The position numbers and the translations under genes were made by a program. The notes beneath the pieces are model-generated. The model had not been told where the DNA came from and ran no database searches. It worked only from the letters and a program-made list of their open reading frames with translations. 64,000 bases of DNA, from contig NMRA01000190.1 of the NCBI GenBank assembly GCA_002633005.1, forward strand, positions 124,001 through 188,000, written 5' to 3'. The stretch comes from Phoronis australis (lineage: Eukaryota > Animalia > Phoronida). This document shows positions 14,701-28,758 of this stretch, piece after piece. Positions within the stretch are counted from its first letter, which is position 1; each line of letters begins with the position of its first letter.

Positions 14701-15927
14701 AATGCATGCATAGTGGTGCTCGTGTCTGGCTTCAGTCAATAGAGAATTTAGTTCTGATGCTTTTACTTCAAAACCTTGATGTATTTTCCATAGTAACTCC
14801 CTGGTGGCACTGTAAGTCTGAGTCAGATCTGAATGAGACTGTAGCTGGCTGTTGAAAACAGCTCCTGGAACATCACATAACAAGTAGAGGTTTTCATCTA
14901 GAGTTCTACGCAACCTAGTTGTTTCCCATCCCACCAACGAGCGTATGTCATGTGTGCATGTCATTGCATACAAATTTTTGGATTTTATTGGTCACTAAAT
15001 AACAGTTTTGGGTTATTTTAACCTGCTATTAAACAACCGTCAGTCTTCCCGGGGTTCTTTGCCTGCACCACCAAGGTTTTTGTTCATATTAGTTTTTCGC
15101 TGTCAAAATTTAGTTTCAATACTTTCATCATTTGTCAGATTATTGTAATTGTATTGAAATTTTACTTAATTATTTTTACATTGCATGTTCATTGTTATGT
15201 ATACTAGTGGTTATATAAGTTTATTACTCCTTATCAAACATGCTTAGCGCAGTTTATCGATGCGGCCTTGTTATTCAGTCATGAATGAAGCTCATTTCTG
15301 ACTTAGCGGTAAATCTAAAATGGCAAAGTATCATATGGATCCAACTCGTGGCAAGTGCATATTTTATGAATATTTCGCATGCAGGTCTTGTTAGGATTAC
15401 GCTTTAGGCACTGATGGCCTCTTTATAGTATACTTTAACACCTTAATAGTTATGGAAATCGTACACATCTAGGTCTTCATGTTCACCTGTTTTCTGCAAA
15501 ATTAACTTGTGCTGTTAACTTCAACTGCGTAATGATGTTAACAGCTCTTGCCAACTGACTAAAATCCCCAAAACATTAATGCGTCGGCCCTATTATTGTT
15601 TTTTTTTCTATAAATATTTTACCAGTATTTATTATTGATAATGTAGCCAGCGGTCTTATTTTCCGCGTGTAGTCTTACTGGTGACCTGACTTAGACTTCA
15701 AGACCTCTTTGATGCTTGCTTGTGAGCACCTGTGCGTTGATGAGTTTCTCTCAGGAGGTAATACAGCTAAATGTTAAGCACCGGATTGGCCAGTTATTGT
15801 CAATCTATGTGCTAATTGGAACAGTCATTTACTTAGGGCTTTCTTTGCATATAACCAGCTATCAGTGTAGATAAGTTGTGAATTATGCATGATACTCTGC
15901 ATCACTATGCTTGTCATTTTTCTTATG

Positions 15928-17239
15928 CAGGGCTCAACAATAACTTTTTAAGCCACAAGCAAGTAGTTGAAATTTTTACTTGCCCGAACAACGAATTCAC
16001 TTGCCCCAACTGCAATCCCAAATAGCACCGTGCATGTGCACACCTAGGTAATGTGTTAGCGTAGGGCTGCCTGTGCTGAGCCTCCTCTTGTGTTGTGCAC
16101 GCTACATACATGAGTTGCTATTTTTTTAACGATTCTTCTTATAGAACATTTATTTATAAGGTGTGTCAAAACACTAGAGAGACAAATTAGAAGAGTAACT
16201 ATGGTATCTGAACCATTGTCACACGTTCACAGGCGCCGAAATGAGCAAGGGCATGAACTCTAGACACTTCTGTGTATTCATTAGTTTATACGCCCTCGTG
16301 CATAAAACTTGAGTTGTTGCTAACCTGAATTTCATTTTTTGCTATCCGTAAAAATCTTGCACAGTTTTGGTCATCGGTAGCTTGTATTTAATTAAAATCA
16401 ATTTTAACATATATTAATGCCACATATACTTTTATTTTCAATAATTTCATTTTTGAAAAATAGATAGACCGCGAAAAAGTCACCCTTCAGACTTCTGAGC
16501 GGCAATCCCGAAGACCGTATTCCTCTTCTTTCGGGAGTCGCCACCGGGAGGCCTTTTAAACTGCTGTGTAGTGTAGAAAATATGTCGTCAACCATTCACT
16601 TTTTAGCTTTTGCACTTATCTGTATGACTTACATCCGCTGACGAACGCGGTGCTTCCAGCTGTACATGGGTAAACGCCGGCAAAATCAGTCAAACGTCAT
16701 CCCTTGTTCACTGTCTCGCAGGCCAGAAAACCTAATTTCCCATGATGGAACCCATCCCCGCACTCTTTTCGTTTCATTTTATTGCTTTGATTCTTCCTGA
16801 ACTCGTTTTTTAGCAACTAAACCAATGCCGTCCAGGCCTGGACGGCTTCCATGTTTAGACATTTTGCCAGAGTGCAGACGATCAGTAGTATCACGTGACA
16901 ACTTATTCAGAAACTGCAGGGCACGTTCAGAGAATCGAAAGGATTTGACCGCGAGAGTCATCTGTGCACGCTGTATCACACTCGTTCTATTTTCCTTTTG
17001 GCGCTCATTCGAAGACGGGAGTTTCTTTGACGGCCACAGGGGATTTTTCGACGGTTTTTAGGCTTGTGTCGGGGTTCGTTACTTTGGAGCAAATGTCGAG
17101 CAGACAATCTTAGGATCTACTTGCCTATGCGGCTAGCTTTTTAACTTGCCCATCGGGCAAGTATTTTTCAAATTCCACTTGCCCGACGCAAAATCTACAT
17201 GTACACGGGCAATCGGGCAACCGTTAGTGTTGAGCCCTG
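15928..17239 (-). mobile_element. hAT-like element, TIR CAGGGCTCAAC, 5-bp TSD TTATG, with a degenerate transposase N-terminal zinc-finger (TTF-type) relic
   Basis: ttatg|cagggctcaac ... gttgagccctg|ttatg; minus strand ~16780-16600 reads RGWVPSWEIRFSGLRDSEQGMTF*FCRR, then (frameshifted) STAFVSGCKSYR. Confidence 0.85.
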
Positions 17240-17252
17240 TTATGTATAGGGG

Positions 17253-17292
17253 TGTGCGTGTGTGTGTGTGTGCGTGTGTGTGTGTGTGTGTG
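17253..17292. repeat. (TG)n microsatellite
   Basis: Run of tgtg with two cg interruptions. Confidence 0.9.
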
Positions 17293-18092
17293 AATGACTC
17301 CACAACATATCACAGGACGTATCGCAGGTGTCACCCAAGAAGTTGCGGAGAAGTATGTGTTAGTTTGTGCAACTTTTCCGCTGAAACTTTGCAGAAGTGA
17401 TAGTAGTGAGTGCGTTCACAGACCAATCAAAAGTCAGCTTAATGTTACCAATGTTACTGCTTTACACGGTTGCGTGCTAGCAGTCTGGAACTACTATGAG
17501 TTACCCTAGAACAAATTTTTCCTGGAACGAGTTGTTAGTGGGCTGTCTGTATTTGCAGTGGGGCAACTTGAGACGTGTGACAACTTGCCCCACTTTATCC
17601 AGGTGGGATTGATTACATTTTTAATTTTTGGTAGTTTCATTCACATATTTAAGGAGCAGATAACAGGATTCTAATATTTTTGGTTTTAAATTCAATTCCA
17701 TTCAAAACCTAGTCAATTCCATGAAACAAAATCCCATTTCATGAAATCACTGGTGCTACACGTAGAGGTTCAGGTAAGAAACCAGAGGTGCGTTCCGTAC
17801 TTTCAAGGCACTTGCGGTTAAAGTCTTGACTTATGGAACAAAAGTAACATGTTAATGCGCCCACAATGTGTACGCATTATACCGTGTCATCCCCTTCCAG
17901 CATCTGCTGCTGTATCTCTAAAACCTTTGGATGGATGTTCATGAAATTTTGCCGACACATTACCATCAAGGATGGGACGGTACAAGCGAATGTGACTTCG
18001 AGTATAGGATTCTTTGCTGTATGCAAACGTTTAGGCAACAAAGCGTATGTCTTTGTTTCATCATTCACTTCTTTATCTGTTTTGTCTTACAG

Positions 18093-18141
18093 CTGGTGGT
18101 GTTGGCAAGAGTGCTCTCACAATACAACTTATACAGAACCA
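18093..18141 (+). CDS. Ras: Ras GTPase, internal coding exon (A11-H27, P-loop AGGVGKSALTIQLIQNH)
   Basis: tttgtcttacag acceptor, gtgagt donor; translation matches canonical Ras residues 11-27. Confidence 0.95.
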
Positions 18142-18649
18142 GTGAGTATCCTGCCAGGCTTAAACAATTGTTCAATTTGGAACACATAAAGTTGCTAAAA
18201 TTATAATTTTCATGCACGGCCTTTTGAGATCAGTGTCATCTTGAGGCTTGGGTATAAGGCTCGGAGAAGGTGACCTTTCTTTACCTATTTATAAGCAAGG
18301 GAAGTTAAGCTTTCATTCCAGTGTGTCTAAGTATTGGTGCATCTCATGTCTGAAACAATTGTTGTAAATGGAAGCAATGTTTTTTAAGTGCAGTGGTCAT
18401 GTTTTTTTAACTGACAATCATTTTTTGAAAATTTTACCTGGTCAGAGACTTTTTAGAAATGGCGTCTTCACTCTAGTACGAATTCTACTATTGGCTGCTG
18501 TTTAGAGTCAGCTGTTTATTTTGGGAGTATTTCAAAATAACATAACCTTTTGTTTATAAATGGTAATGGGCTAATTCAGGTAACTGTTTACAAGATGTGG
18601 AATTCAATTAGCTCTCATTCGGAAGCATCACTCTTTTCAAACATACACA

Positions 18650-18743
18650 CATGCGTGCATCTAGGGGTGGCTCGAACGTTACCAGTGAAAGGTCCACATT
18701 CTCAAAAATTCAAGCCCCCATTTTTTGGCTGGTTGCACGCCTG
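18650..18743. mobile_element. Short relative of the CATGCGCGCACCCAG MITE family
   Basis: catgcgtgcatctagggg ... ggctggttgcacgcctg; shares aaaggtcc and gcccccc motifs with the 38116 copy. Confidence 0.5.
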
Positions 18744-21700
18744 CGCATTACAGTTACGTACTAATGCCAGGTCAACATATTTGTAAAAATAAACTAGTTG
18801 TGCCTTGGTAAGTGTCAGTGTTCTCCACAACAAAAGGTTCAAACTCATAGTGTGGAGAGTTAGTGTGTTACGTCTTGTAATAAATGCATAGAACTGGTAC
18901 CAAGAGGCCAAAATGTCCTAATTTGCTTCAGAAATGTTTTGCTATCAATGTGCTTTTCTTGTTTGAATAAGTTTACGTAAAAGACAGTCATTTGATTCAG
19001 CAGCCTTTCTGCGTTCAGAAAATGTAATACTTTTGCTGTGGTAAAATCTGTAGGTTTGTAGATACCTGCCAAATACACCTACTTGTCGACAAGGTCCTTC
19101 ATAACCCTAAATTTGAAGTGAAGAGATGTACCAATTAAGCCTAGATCTTACTGGATATAAAAAATTTTCCGCTTGCCATGATGGCGTCGGCATTGGAGAA
19201 CATCTGTGATTGAATTGAAATGGTCAAATTTTGAAAGCAGGGTTGGCCAGTCGCTGCTGTTCTGAAGCGTTTCTCTGTTGGCCTCTTGCCTCTGAATTAA
19301 TCAGTTAAAAGAGGAAGTTGTGAACTTACAAGTCATGGTGAACTTTCACATTGGCTTCAATACTTAACCACCACTAAATTGGTATTGCCCAAGGATGCCA
19401 GGATCAGCCGAGTTATATTTAAGTACCACTGCTGTTTTAAGTATGTCTAATACGCCATAATAGAATGGCGAATATTTGAACAAAATATTTTAATTGATAT
19501 ATTTTAAGCACATCACGTGACGTTGCTAACTGTTACTCCTGCTAGTAACTTTGATGACGCCAAAATTGAAGCTGCATTTCTCTGTGTCTAAGAAACTAAA
19601 CTCAATTTGGCCTTTTACTCTCATTAAGTCTGTCTCTCCATTTGGTCTTTTACTCTCATAAAGTCGGTCTCATAATATTACTTAAAATGATCAGATTCTA
19701 TTGCTGTTAAGTTGCAAGCAACGCCATCGTGGAATACATGCGCCAATTTTAACTTTGCAACCCCAATAAACTTTGAAGCCTTTTCTTAATTTGCTGTTTT
19801 AACAGCAATAGAATCCATTCACGGAAAAGTATTATGGAATGGATTTTGTGACAGTAATTTGATTTAACTTATTTAGCCTGCTAAACACTCCCACTGTATG
19901 GAGGCTCCGCTGTTAAGTCTACCTGGTTATTGCGAAGTTGCGGTGCACATAATTTTCATCCAAGGAGGTGTTTAGAAACAGAGATGTTGGTTTTAGTTCA
20001 AAAGGGCCTGTTACTTGTAAATGCAAAAAATCAAGTAATGCTCAAGAAATTTTCACGACTGACTTGCTTTACAGCCGCCTAAAAACTACAGTACATTCTG
20101 GTGGTAAAAACACAAGGTTTTCTGATGGTTGGGTTTACTATTCCGAAGCAATAGCAATAACATTCGTGCATTTTTATCCCCGGTTTAAACTGAAATCAGT
20201 TATGATAAATTGGCTGGAATAGCCTTGACAACCATACTACCTTAGTAACTGTAACGTCACCATGATGTGACCACCAGAATTAAAGGGTGGGGTTTGAAGT
20301 AAGAATGACCTGTCCTTCTCAAGTCTAGAAATCATTTTTAATCTTTAAGGAAGGGCCAAAATTAGCAATCGCTTAAATCACAAGATTGTTTCTGGCTGAA
20401 AGTGTGGACTTCTTGCCACTTAATGTTTTGATTTTATTGTTTTCACACAGTTAAAGAGAAGGAAATGTAGTTTTGATAGTTTTACTTAAGCAAGGCATAT
20501 TAGCTCTCCAGCAAATGGGATGATTATATTGTACATAGACAGCCAGTGGTCATAGACTCATTAGTACTAATTCATGAACCCAGCATTATGGGAATTGCCG
20601 ATGGTTTAGTGACTTTGACAAATTGAAAAACATGTCAGCTTATATAGTCAAGGTGACGACTTAGTCAATACTTGGATGTACTACATTATGGTTGCATTTA
20701 ATGCCACCACTATTCGATAGTACTCTGGTGTAGTCTTCCTAATAGATACCCTTAGAAAATGTGATCAAGAGAGGTGGTTAAAGATGTCTCATTAAACCAT
20801 GAATATTTAAATTTGTAGCCAGTGCCACCTGTCTATCGACTTCCTGGAGAACTGCGTGAACAAGTGTAATCAGGAAAAGAAACAATTTGTTAACATGTAA
20901 AAAAACCCTAGTATTTCCAAATATTGTGCATTCGTTATTTGGTAGTGAAATAAGTAAATGATAAAACTGTGCCTTGTTTCATTAGGATAACAACAGTGAG
21001 CTGTGGGAGTTCCCAGGGATTCGTTTGTCGGGGACGAGAAGTGTGTGCAAATGTAATGCCAGTTCACTGTCCGTTTTCAACTGCAGTTGGAATCTGAGTT
21101 GCCGCCGTGCACGAAAGACGTGGGGATCCAAATAAACTAAGTTATATGCCTTTGTTCTCTTGGCCCGTGTCTGGTCTTCGTTCCCCGTGATGAAATATTA
21201 CTCATTTACATAAAATTAGTTTCACAAAATGAGAATTTCGCGAGATTATAATGGTAACTTTTCTCGGATGGTCTCGGACACACTGGAGGACCCATGGTTG
21301 TTTATAAATTAGTACTTCACTTGCATATTCACAATTTAATGAGACTATGCATCTTTAATGTCACCTTAAAATTTCCATTGGACAAATCATGTTGTAGCTA
21401 ATACAAACCATTATGGTTTTTTAATGGTGTTGTTTCTTTTTCAATTTAATTAAGTTACGTATTCACTCGCAAGATACAGTGCTTTTATTGCTGGAGATGT
21501 TTATTAATCTTGAATTCATTTGTCCGAGAACAATTCAAATATGCCACCTGGTGTTTAAATCAGAGAACTAAGGGTAACTCAGATGTGGACTGTCAGTGGG
21601 AAAGGGAAATGGAGTCGCTGTGTTGATGGGAAAGCGACAGTATTTGGAGAACAGTAATTGAAATTTGCACATTGTTAGTGCACGACTGTAGCGATTATGA

Positions 21701-21950
21701 TTGCCGCATACTAAAATTTTTACTCGCATCATTTACTGCTTTCAAATCTGACTAGCATTCTTTTTTGTTAATAGCACGGCCTCCAGAATGGTGGGATCTG
21801 CTTGCTAATAATTGAGCTGCAAAAAGTCTGGTGGTGTTGTATACATTGTTTCTCACAGTTATATGATTTGCCTGTACCTCCAGAAACATGGGTGACTTAA
21901 CGATACATTACACAGTTACTGGAAACCATTCCGCTTCTTTTTATTGAAAA

Positions 21951-22020
21951 CTCCCATGCTCTGTGGCTGAGTTCTCCTTATGAAAGCTCCCATGCTCTGT
22001 GGCTGTGTTCTCCTTATGAA
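21951..22020. repeat. ~36-bp tandem duplication (2 copies)
   Basis: ctcccatgctctgtggctg(a/t)gttctccttatgaa occurs twice. Confidence 0.85.
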
Positions 22021-23331
22021 GGCTACATTGCTTCATAGCAGTGTTTCAGGTCACCAAAGATTTGTTTATAAGCAATTAAACCAGTCAGCAACCACAGTGG
22101 TTGTAAGTCCTTGCTCAGTTCCTGCCAGTTCAATTATCTTCCAGGCAGTGGAGCAGTCATCAATATCACATGCCCTGTAATAATGATGATGTTAATCATC
22201 TCCCCTGGGGGGAGCTGATCCTGCCAAGTTCAGGTTTTTTCTTGCCACACAAATAATCTAATATTACCAGAATGGTGTATTCTTATCTCAGTTTACAATG
22301 ATACTAATCTCCCAGTTTGCAGTTAATGCTGGTACAGAGATTTTCGATGCTTGAAGAAAAAGCACTACACAACGTGTGTGTGTAAGCTTTGATGAAGTTG
22401 TGAATGTTTAAGAATAATTTTAACACGAGTGATTAATGATATTAAGCTTGACAAGGTGTATACGCCTGATTCACGCATTTTAAAAGTGAGCCTCTTTTAG
22501 GTTTTAAAAAGAATGTGCTCTGCTAATCAAAGTGCAAACATGTTTTTTAAACCACGTTTTGGATTAATGCATGTGTAGTGTGTGCGATTTTTTGACATTC
22601 CACTCTATTTGAGCGTTGTAATAAAATACAGATTTCAAAATGAGTCCGTGTGGAAAACAGCATTTGATAATAAGGTTACGCTTTCTCTTTGTGACTATTG
22701 CTGGAATCATTGGATAAGGTTGTAGTATTATGGAGGTTTAAATTGTTGTAATTTAAAGTAATTTTCTTTGCATTGAGGGCTAACAATATAATACTGACCC
22801 TGGTGTGGACCTTGTATTTTTAAATACACTCTGTATACTTTCATGTGAAACGCACATCATGAATTGGTTTGTTTACTTTACAAGAATCTAATTGAACGAT
22901 GAAACTACCGTAGCCTCCTTTGCTCAAAGTTTCACCCGAAGCGCAAAGCATTACTTTGTTAATCTGATCTTGTATTATTGCCATATGAGTCAGCAACTCA
23001 AGTCACACCATTTTTGGATTTGCAAGTTTAGGGTTGGCCACCCCGGTAAACTTTGAATTGTTGATGGTTTTTGTTGGTAATGAAAGTAGAATCTTATCAT
23101 AGCAAGGAATATTATGGCACTGATTTTATTATAAGAGTGTGAGGCCTAGTTTGATTTTTTTTGTTAGCTCAACAGAGCAAAATGCAGCTTTAAAATTGTA
23201 TATGGTGTTGAAAAAAATGAAGAGAAAAAGAAATGAAGAGCAGTACGATTTCATTCACTGCACCACCTGGTGGCGTGTCACAAAATCAACAGTGAGGTGT
23301 CCACAGAAATCGGAAAGGTGCCCTGCATACC

Positions 23332-23669
23332 NNNNNNNNNNNNNNNNNNNNNNNNNNNNNNNNNNNNNNNNNNNNNNNNNNNNNNNNNNNNNNNNNNNNN
23401 NNNNNNNNNNNNNNNNNNNNNNNNNNNNNNNNNNNNNNNNNNNNNNNNNNNNNNNNNNNNNNNNNNNNNNNNNNNNNNNNNNNNNNNNNNNNNNNNNNNN
23501 NNNNNNNNNNNNNNNNNNNNNNNNNNNNNNNNNNNNNNNNNNNNNNNNNNNNNNNNNNNNNNNNNNNNNNNNNNNNNNNNNNNNNNNNNNNNNNNNNNNN
23601 NNNNNNNNNNNNNNNNNNNNNNNNNNNNNNNNNNNNNNNNNNNNNNNNNNNNNNNNNNNNNNNNNNNNN
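23332..23669. other. Assembly gap (338 N) inside the Ras gene
   Basis: Run of N. Confidence 1.
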
Positions 23670-23777
23670 TTTTGCGACCTGGCATTTATGAATGCGAGCT
23701 GGATTTTGGAAATGCGACCTGGGATTCTGGCTAGGTCGCAAAATGCGACCTGGCGATTTTAATAGCGTCGAGCCCTG
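23670..23777. mobile_element. Right end of a second copy of the CAGGGCTCGA hAT-like family
   Basis: Matches ~2770-2877 (aaatgcgacctggcgatt...tcgagccctg); left end presumably in the gap. Confidence 0.85.
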
Positions 23778-25699
23778 GTGTTGGTAAATTGTAGAGTGTG
23801 GTCTCCATTTGAATTCCAGAAACTCTGGCAGTGTTTACCCAGCAACCAGCCAAACATTGTATCAGTCTGTTTAAGTAAAGATATTCTGGTTTGTTAGCAA
23901 TGCATGTTGTGAATTAGATAAATGAAGACTTACCATGATGTTTTCAAAAGGTACTTTGATCACAGTTATCTCTGTTGTTTGAGGGTAAATCGAAACTCTG
24001 CAGTTGCCCAATAATAGCAACAACTACAAAATGTCCCACAGTTCAGGTTTCTAGAAACTCAGTTTGAAAGCAGGTATGACAAAAAAGTGTTGAAAATGGG
24101 CAGTTAAAAAGATAGTTGATGAAATGTGAAGACTCCTGGAGATTTGCAGTTACCTTGAAGTCTCCCACAGCCTATGAATTTATGGCGCGTTTTTTATACT
24201 GACATTGTTACTTCAAGTGCTCTAATCTGAAATGCACCATTTTACCTCTCTTTCTGTCAAGCGCCGTTTTTGATTTTTGAAAGGCCTACTATGATTTTCA
24301 CCAAACGTTATTTGCATTTAACATTGAATCTAAACTTTCCAGCCCTTTATTTTTGTTAAGAAATTCAGTCTAAGAAGTTGAACTTTTCTGTTGTGTTGTG
24401 TCTGTGATTTAAAAAAAATTATGATAGTTATTTTTTTTCTTAGTCAAGAGTTGCAGGTTTTCCAAGCACAAGAATCAGTACCTCTTATCTCATTATAGCC
24501 AAGTTGACCCTTGTCTCTGCCTCCCTGGATGAAAATTCACCTTCACAGTGAATGCTCTAGGCGTGTGTTTATCGCTCAGAATTGTTCATTGTCAAATGGA
24601 CCCTTTGTACATTTACCTGTTGGTGGGTGGACCTGTATTTGTCTTGTATAGGTCAATACATTGCTTGATGATCACACAGTTCTTGGAATTACATGTTTAC
24701 ACACTAGGTGGGTTTCTGCTGTGCTCTGGGAAATGTAAAGCTTGAGGGAGAATATTTTTTTCTCTGTTACTTTAAAGTGAGACTGTGTGTGTTTTGCAGA
24801 TGCAAAAATTGCTTCAAATTAAGCTTTCTTCTCAGGCACTTGAAAGTGAAACTGTGTTTGCTTTTGGTAGTGGAACAATTGCTTGAGCCTTAAAAATAAG
24901 AGAAATCAAGTCCGAGGCAGTTAAACACGCCAAAAATACCACCTAGGCACTCTTTCCCAGTCGTAGCACAGTTTTACAAAGGTAGATGTTTAACCTGACT
25001 TTATTATAGAATATATCTTGAACTATTAGTTCAAACTCTTCTGAGAAATGCAAAATAAAAATGAGAGTTGTCATTCAAATACGACCATGTCCCAATGCAA
25101 TGGCGACACTTGTTATGAGCTCAGAACACACACGCACACGTACACACGTGGAAACTCTTAGCAAGTCATTGATGGTGGTGGTGAAACATTTGCGTGATTT
25201 GCAAACAAGTGTTAACAATAAACCTTCCTTTTTGTGTGAAAAGTTTTGGACGTGTCCGTGACAAGTAATTTGTTGACTAGATTTCATGAATTCAATACAC
25301 AATGATTTTAAACTTTTCGTGACATTCCAACTATTTTGCTTATTTAGGCCACACAGCTTACTGTTTGTTAATACAACTCCACGGAGAAGAATTGAACATT
25401 TTGATTTGGAACAGCTCCCTCTCTTGAATTGTGACGCTCCGTGAAATGTGAATCAACTGTCGATTGCTTTTCCAAAGGTTTTGTGCTGCATTATGGGTAC
25501 CGGGTTACTCATTACACCATAGTCCTGACCAACTCAATACTGTCTCAGTATCTCCCTCATAGGTTGTGGTCTCTGACTTTCTTGTACCATCTAGTGAATG
25601 TCTGTAGGACAGCCTGGTTTCTGGTGCTGTTAGATATTGCTGATGATACCCGTGTACCTGGTGTTGGACATTTATTGATGATTTATTCGTTCAACGCAG

Positions 25700-25784
25700 A
25701 GGACTCTTATCGTAAGCAAGTGGTCATCGACGGTGAGACGTGTCTACTGGACATTCTGGACACAGCTGGTCAAGAAGAGTACAG
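25700..25784 (+). CDS. Ras: Ras coding exon (E37-S65, [27 protein letters not shown])
   Basis: cgcag acceptor, gtaact donor; contains G3 DTAGQ; phase 2 end fits the next exon. A second AG 2 nt downstream makes the exact start slightly ambiguous. Confidence 0.97.
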
Positions 25785-26016
25785 GTAACTAATGACCCCT
25801 ATTGACCAATGAGTGGTTTGTGTGGTGTCCACTTATCTGTGTAAGCTTGTGAACAGAGAAGTTGATAATGCAAGCTATTGTCATGTAAGGCAGAATTTGT
25901 TTTGTCAATGACGCAGACTTCTCTTGCCCAGTTCACATTGGTGCACAAGGTTTGGCACCTCGCAATCTTCCAATTTCAGCAACGGTTGTATTTGAACACT
26001 TTATTTTCTGAAAATA

Positions 26017-27404
26017 CAGTACAGCCACTGAATTATTAGACTCTCTCCGGTGTCTCTCCGGTCTAGCCACCCGTGACCGTAACCGGAGACAGACCGGAGA
26101 GTGAGACGTGAATCAATCGTGACAGCTGGCGTAAGCCTAAGCGTGACTGTACCCGGAGCTTACCGTGAGTTAGGCGTGAACGAAGTGCGAGCCAGGCGTG
26201 AGTTTACCTGCATCGCAGATGAAAAAGTAATTTATTAAAATTATATCAGTAACTAGCAGTGATGTGTGTATTCTCATAGACTTTTGCTCATGTGAGGTTT
26301 ATTTTTTTTGAAATCGTCACGTTCAGCAAAAGACCAAAATTTCTTTCTCAAATCTTAAGTCACTTCAGGAAACAGACCTGTGGACTCTACTTTTCACTTA
26401 TATATAGTAATTTGTTTTTTATATAAACTAATAAAGAATCTTAACACGCGTGTACATGGCGGAAATATTCAATTGCCTTCACGATATGAAGGAGCATAGC
26501 ATGTCAATTCTGAGCACATTGATCCCAAGTTCCGACTTCATGCAGAGAAAACTGATCGTGCCCATGCATTTGACGAGTCAAACAGATCACTGCTATTATT
26601 ATTTTAGTGAAGAAGTACCCCGGGGATACTGTGAACTCAGTCGAAACGCATTTACTACAGGGAGGGGGCTACAAATAATTAAACTGCACTACGGATTGAG
26701 GACTTTTTAGTCAAAAAATTTGCTTGCAGTAAGGGATGGGTATGTCAGAATGGCGGCCTATTGAAATTTTCTTTACGCTAGTGCGGTGCAAAAATTTACG
26801 GAGTGACACAATACTTCACAAGATGCGTATGCTATTTTAGGGCAAATTAACTATATCCAGCTGTGACGAGTTTCATGGAGTCCACAGCCATGTAAAGACG
26901 ACTCTGGACACAGGGTCGCGTATATTCGTATTTACTAACCGTGGTTACTGTACATGTATGTCGTTGATGGGACTGGCTCTTAAGTCGTAAATAGAAAATG
27001 TACATTAACCGTAACACAAGATGAGCTGAAGGAAGACGTTTCAGAACAACACGTAGAATTACAAAGTTAGTCGGAACCCAAGTGTGATAGATGACTGCTT
27101 GCAAAGATACTCTATAATATACTATAATGTTTTTGCAACTTGTCCGAAACGACAGGCAATCAAGACATTACGTGTATTTTTATCGATTAGCCCGGTGCCC
27201 TATCATGGTTACCACAGCTACTGAAGGTGTGAAGAAAGCCTGAGTAAATCGTGAACTAAACCGGAGGTAAGCGTGAGGACTACCCGAAGAGTAGGCGTGA
27301 GGCGACCGTGACTGATTTCTGTCATGCCTGCGTTCCGGTTGCGGTCCGGTCTGGCCAGGCGTGAGGTAGCCCGGACGAAGTCTAAAAATTCAGTGGCTGT
27401 ACTG
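26017..27404. mobile_element. Tc1/mariner-like non-autonomous element in a Ras intron, TA TSD
   Basis: ta|cagtacagccactgaattattagact ... agtctaaaaattcagtggctgtactg|ta; subterminal cgtga/ccgga repeats. Confidence 0.85.
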
Positions 27405-28615
27405 TAGTTGCAGTTATCTACTAAGTTGTTTAAAGTCCTACCTTTTTGCCAAAGCACGGAGAAATACTAACATTTGGTTTAAATGTTAAGAGTGGAAGTG
27501 TATCTTGCTTAGTCTAGAATCAGGGGCTGGAAATGATTCTATGACCACACCTCTAAATTCCAGCTACAATCCTCTAAACACCCAGCCCCGGACCAACAAA
27601 CACAAAACTCGTGCTACAGATTGCATACTGGTGACCCTGAACTCCACACATACACTGAAAATACCCACTACCATGCATCCAAACTGTACAGACACCAATG
27701 TCCTGTGTGTTGGGTGGTATTGGCTGATCCTGGACTAGGGCTCGGGGGATGGAAGTTAGAATGTAGAGGTGCGACCATGAAATCATTACCACCCCCTGGG
27801 AATAGATCACTCTTCTCATTCTGTGACTAGTGTAGAGCAGTCTAACATGGCTTTAGCAGTGAAAATGTCAGCCATGAGTTTACAATGCATGTATGATCAA
27901 TTAAATGTTTGGCAAAAATTCTTTGAAATATTGTAGTTTTATTTTATCAACTGTCTCGACATAATTAACAGCTTATTATTTTAAGTGACTTCTTATTTAA
28001 GTGACACAAGTGTAACATTTTTCAAGCCTCAAAAGTGGGGCCTACTATACTGAATATTTTGGGATTGTTTTATATCATTTTTAAAAGAATCTGTACTGCA
28101 AGGCTGTCATCAAAGTTTTAAAGGGGCAGCTTAAAGTTGATGAATCTTTGTTTTTTTACCTCTTTTGATTGGTTTGAATTTGAAACTAGACAAGATTTTA
28201 TGAGTTTTCACTTAGATTTGAATTTTTTTCATTAATAGTTGAAGTAATTTTTCTAGAAACACTCAATTAAAAATTTCTGTGATCATTGGTTATTACAGAA
28301 TGCAAGGACTTACAGCTGGGGTACTTTTGTACTCTGTTTATAGATCATGATTTGTTTCAATGTATAACATAAAAAAATTGTTAATTTGCGTTTTAACAAT
28401 GACTGTCTTATTTGCCAAATTCGGGCTCAGCAACTTATGGCCTTGAAAGGTAGTAAAAGCCATTTAAGCAGTTGCATTTATATGAAATTGAACAAAAACC
28501 TGACTGTACTCTCTTACATTTGTCGTTTATAAATAAGATTTTATTTACAATTCAAAATGTTTCAGTAAACGTTGACAGTGTCCTATGTCTGTTTAGTTGT
28601 TGTCTCCCCTTACAG

Positions 28616-28758
28616 TGCTATGCGAGACCAGTACATGCGAACTGGGGAGGGGTTTCTCTGTGTGTTCGCCGTAAATAACTCCAAGTCATTTGAAGACATC
28701 AACCAATATAGGGAACAAATAAAGCGAGTTAAGGATGCTGATGAAGTGCCTATGGTCT
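28616..28758 (+). CDS. Ras: Ras coding exon (S65-L113, [47 protein letters not shown])
   Basis: cccttacag acceptor, gtaagt donor; canonical Ras sequence; phases 2 and 1. Confidence 0.97.

Noticed and set aside
23139-23762. Long ORFs spanning this region in the ORF track
   Set aside because: Artefacts of translating through the N gap
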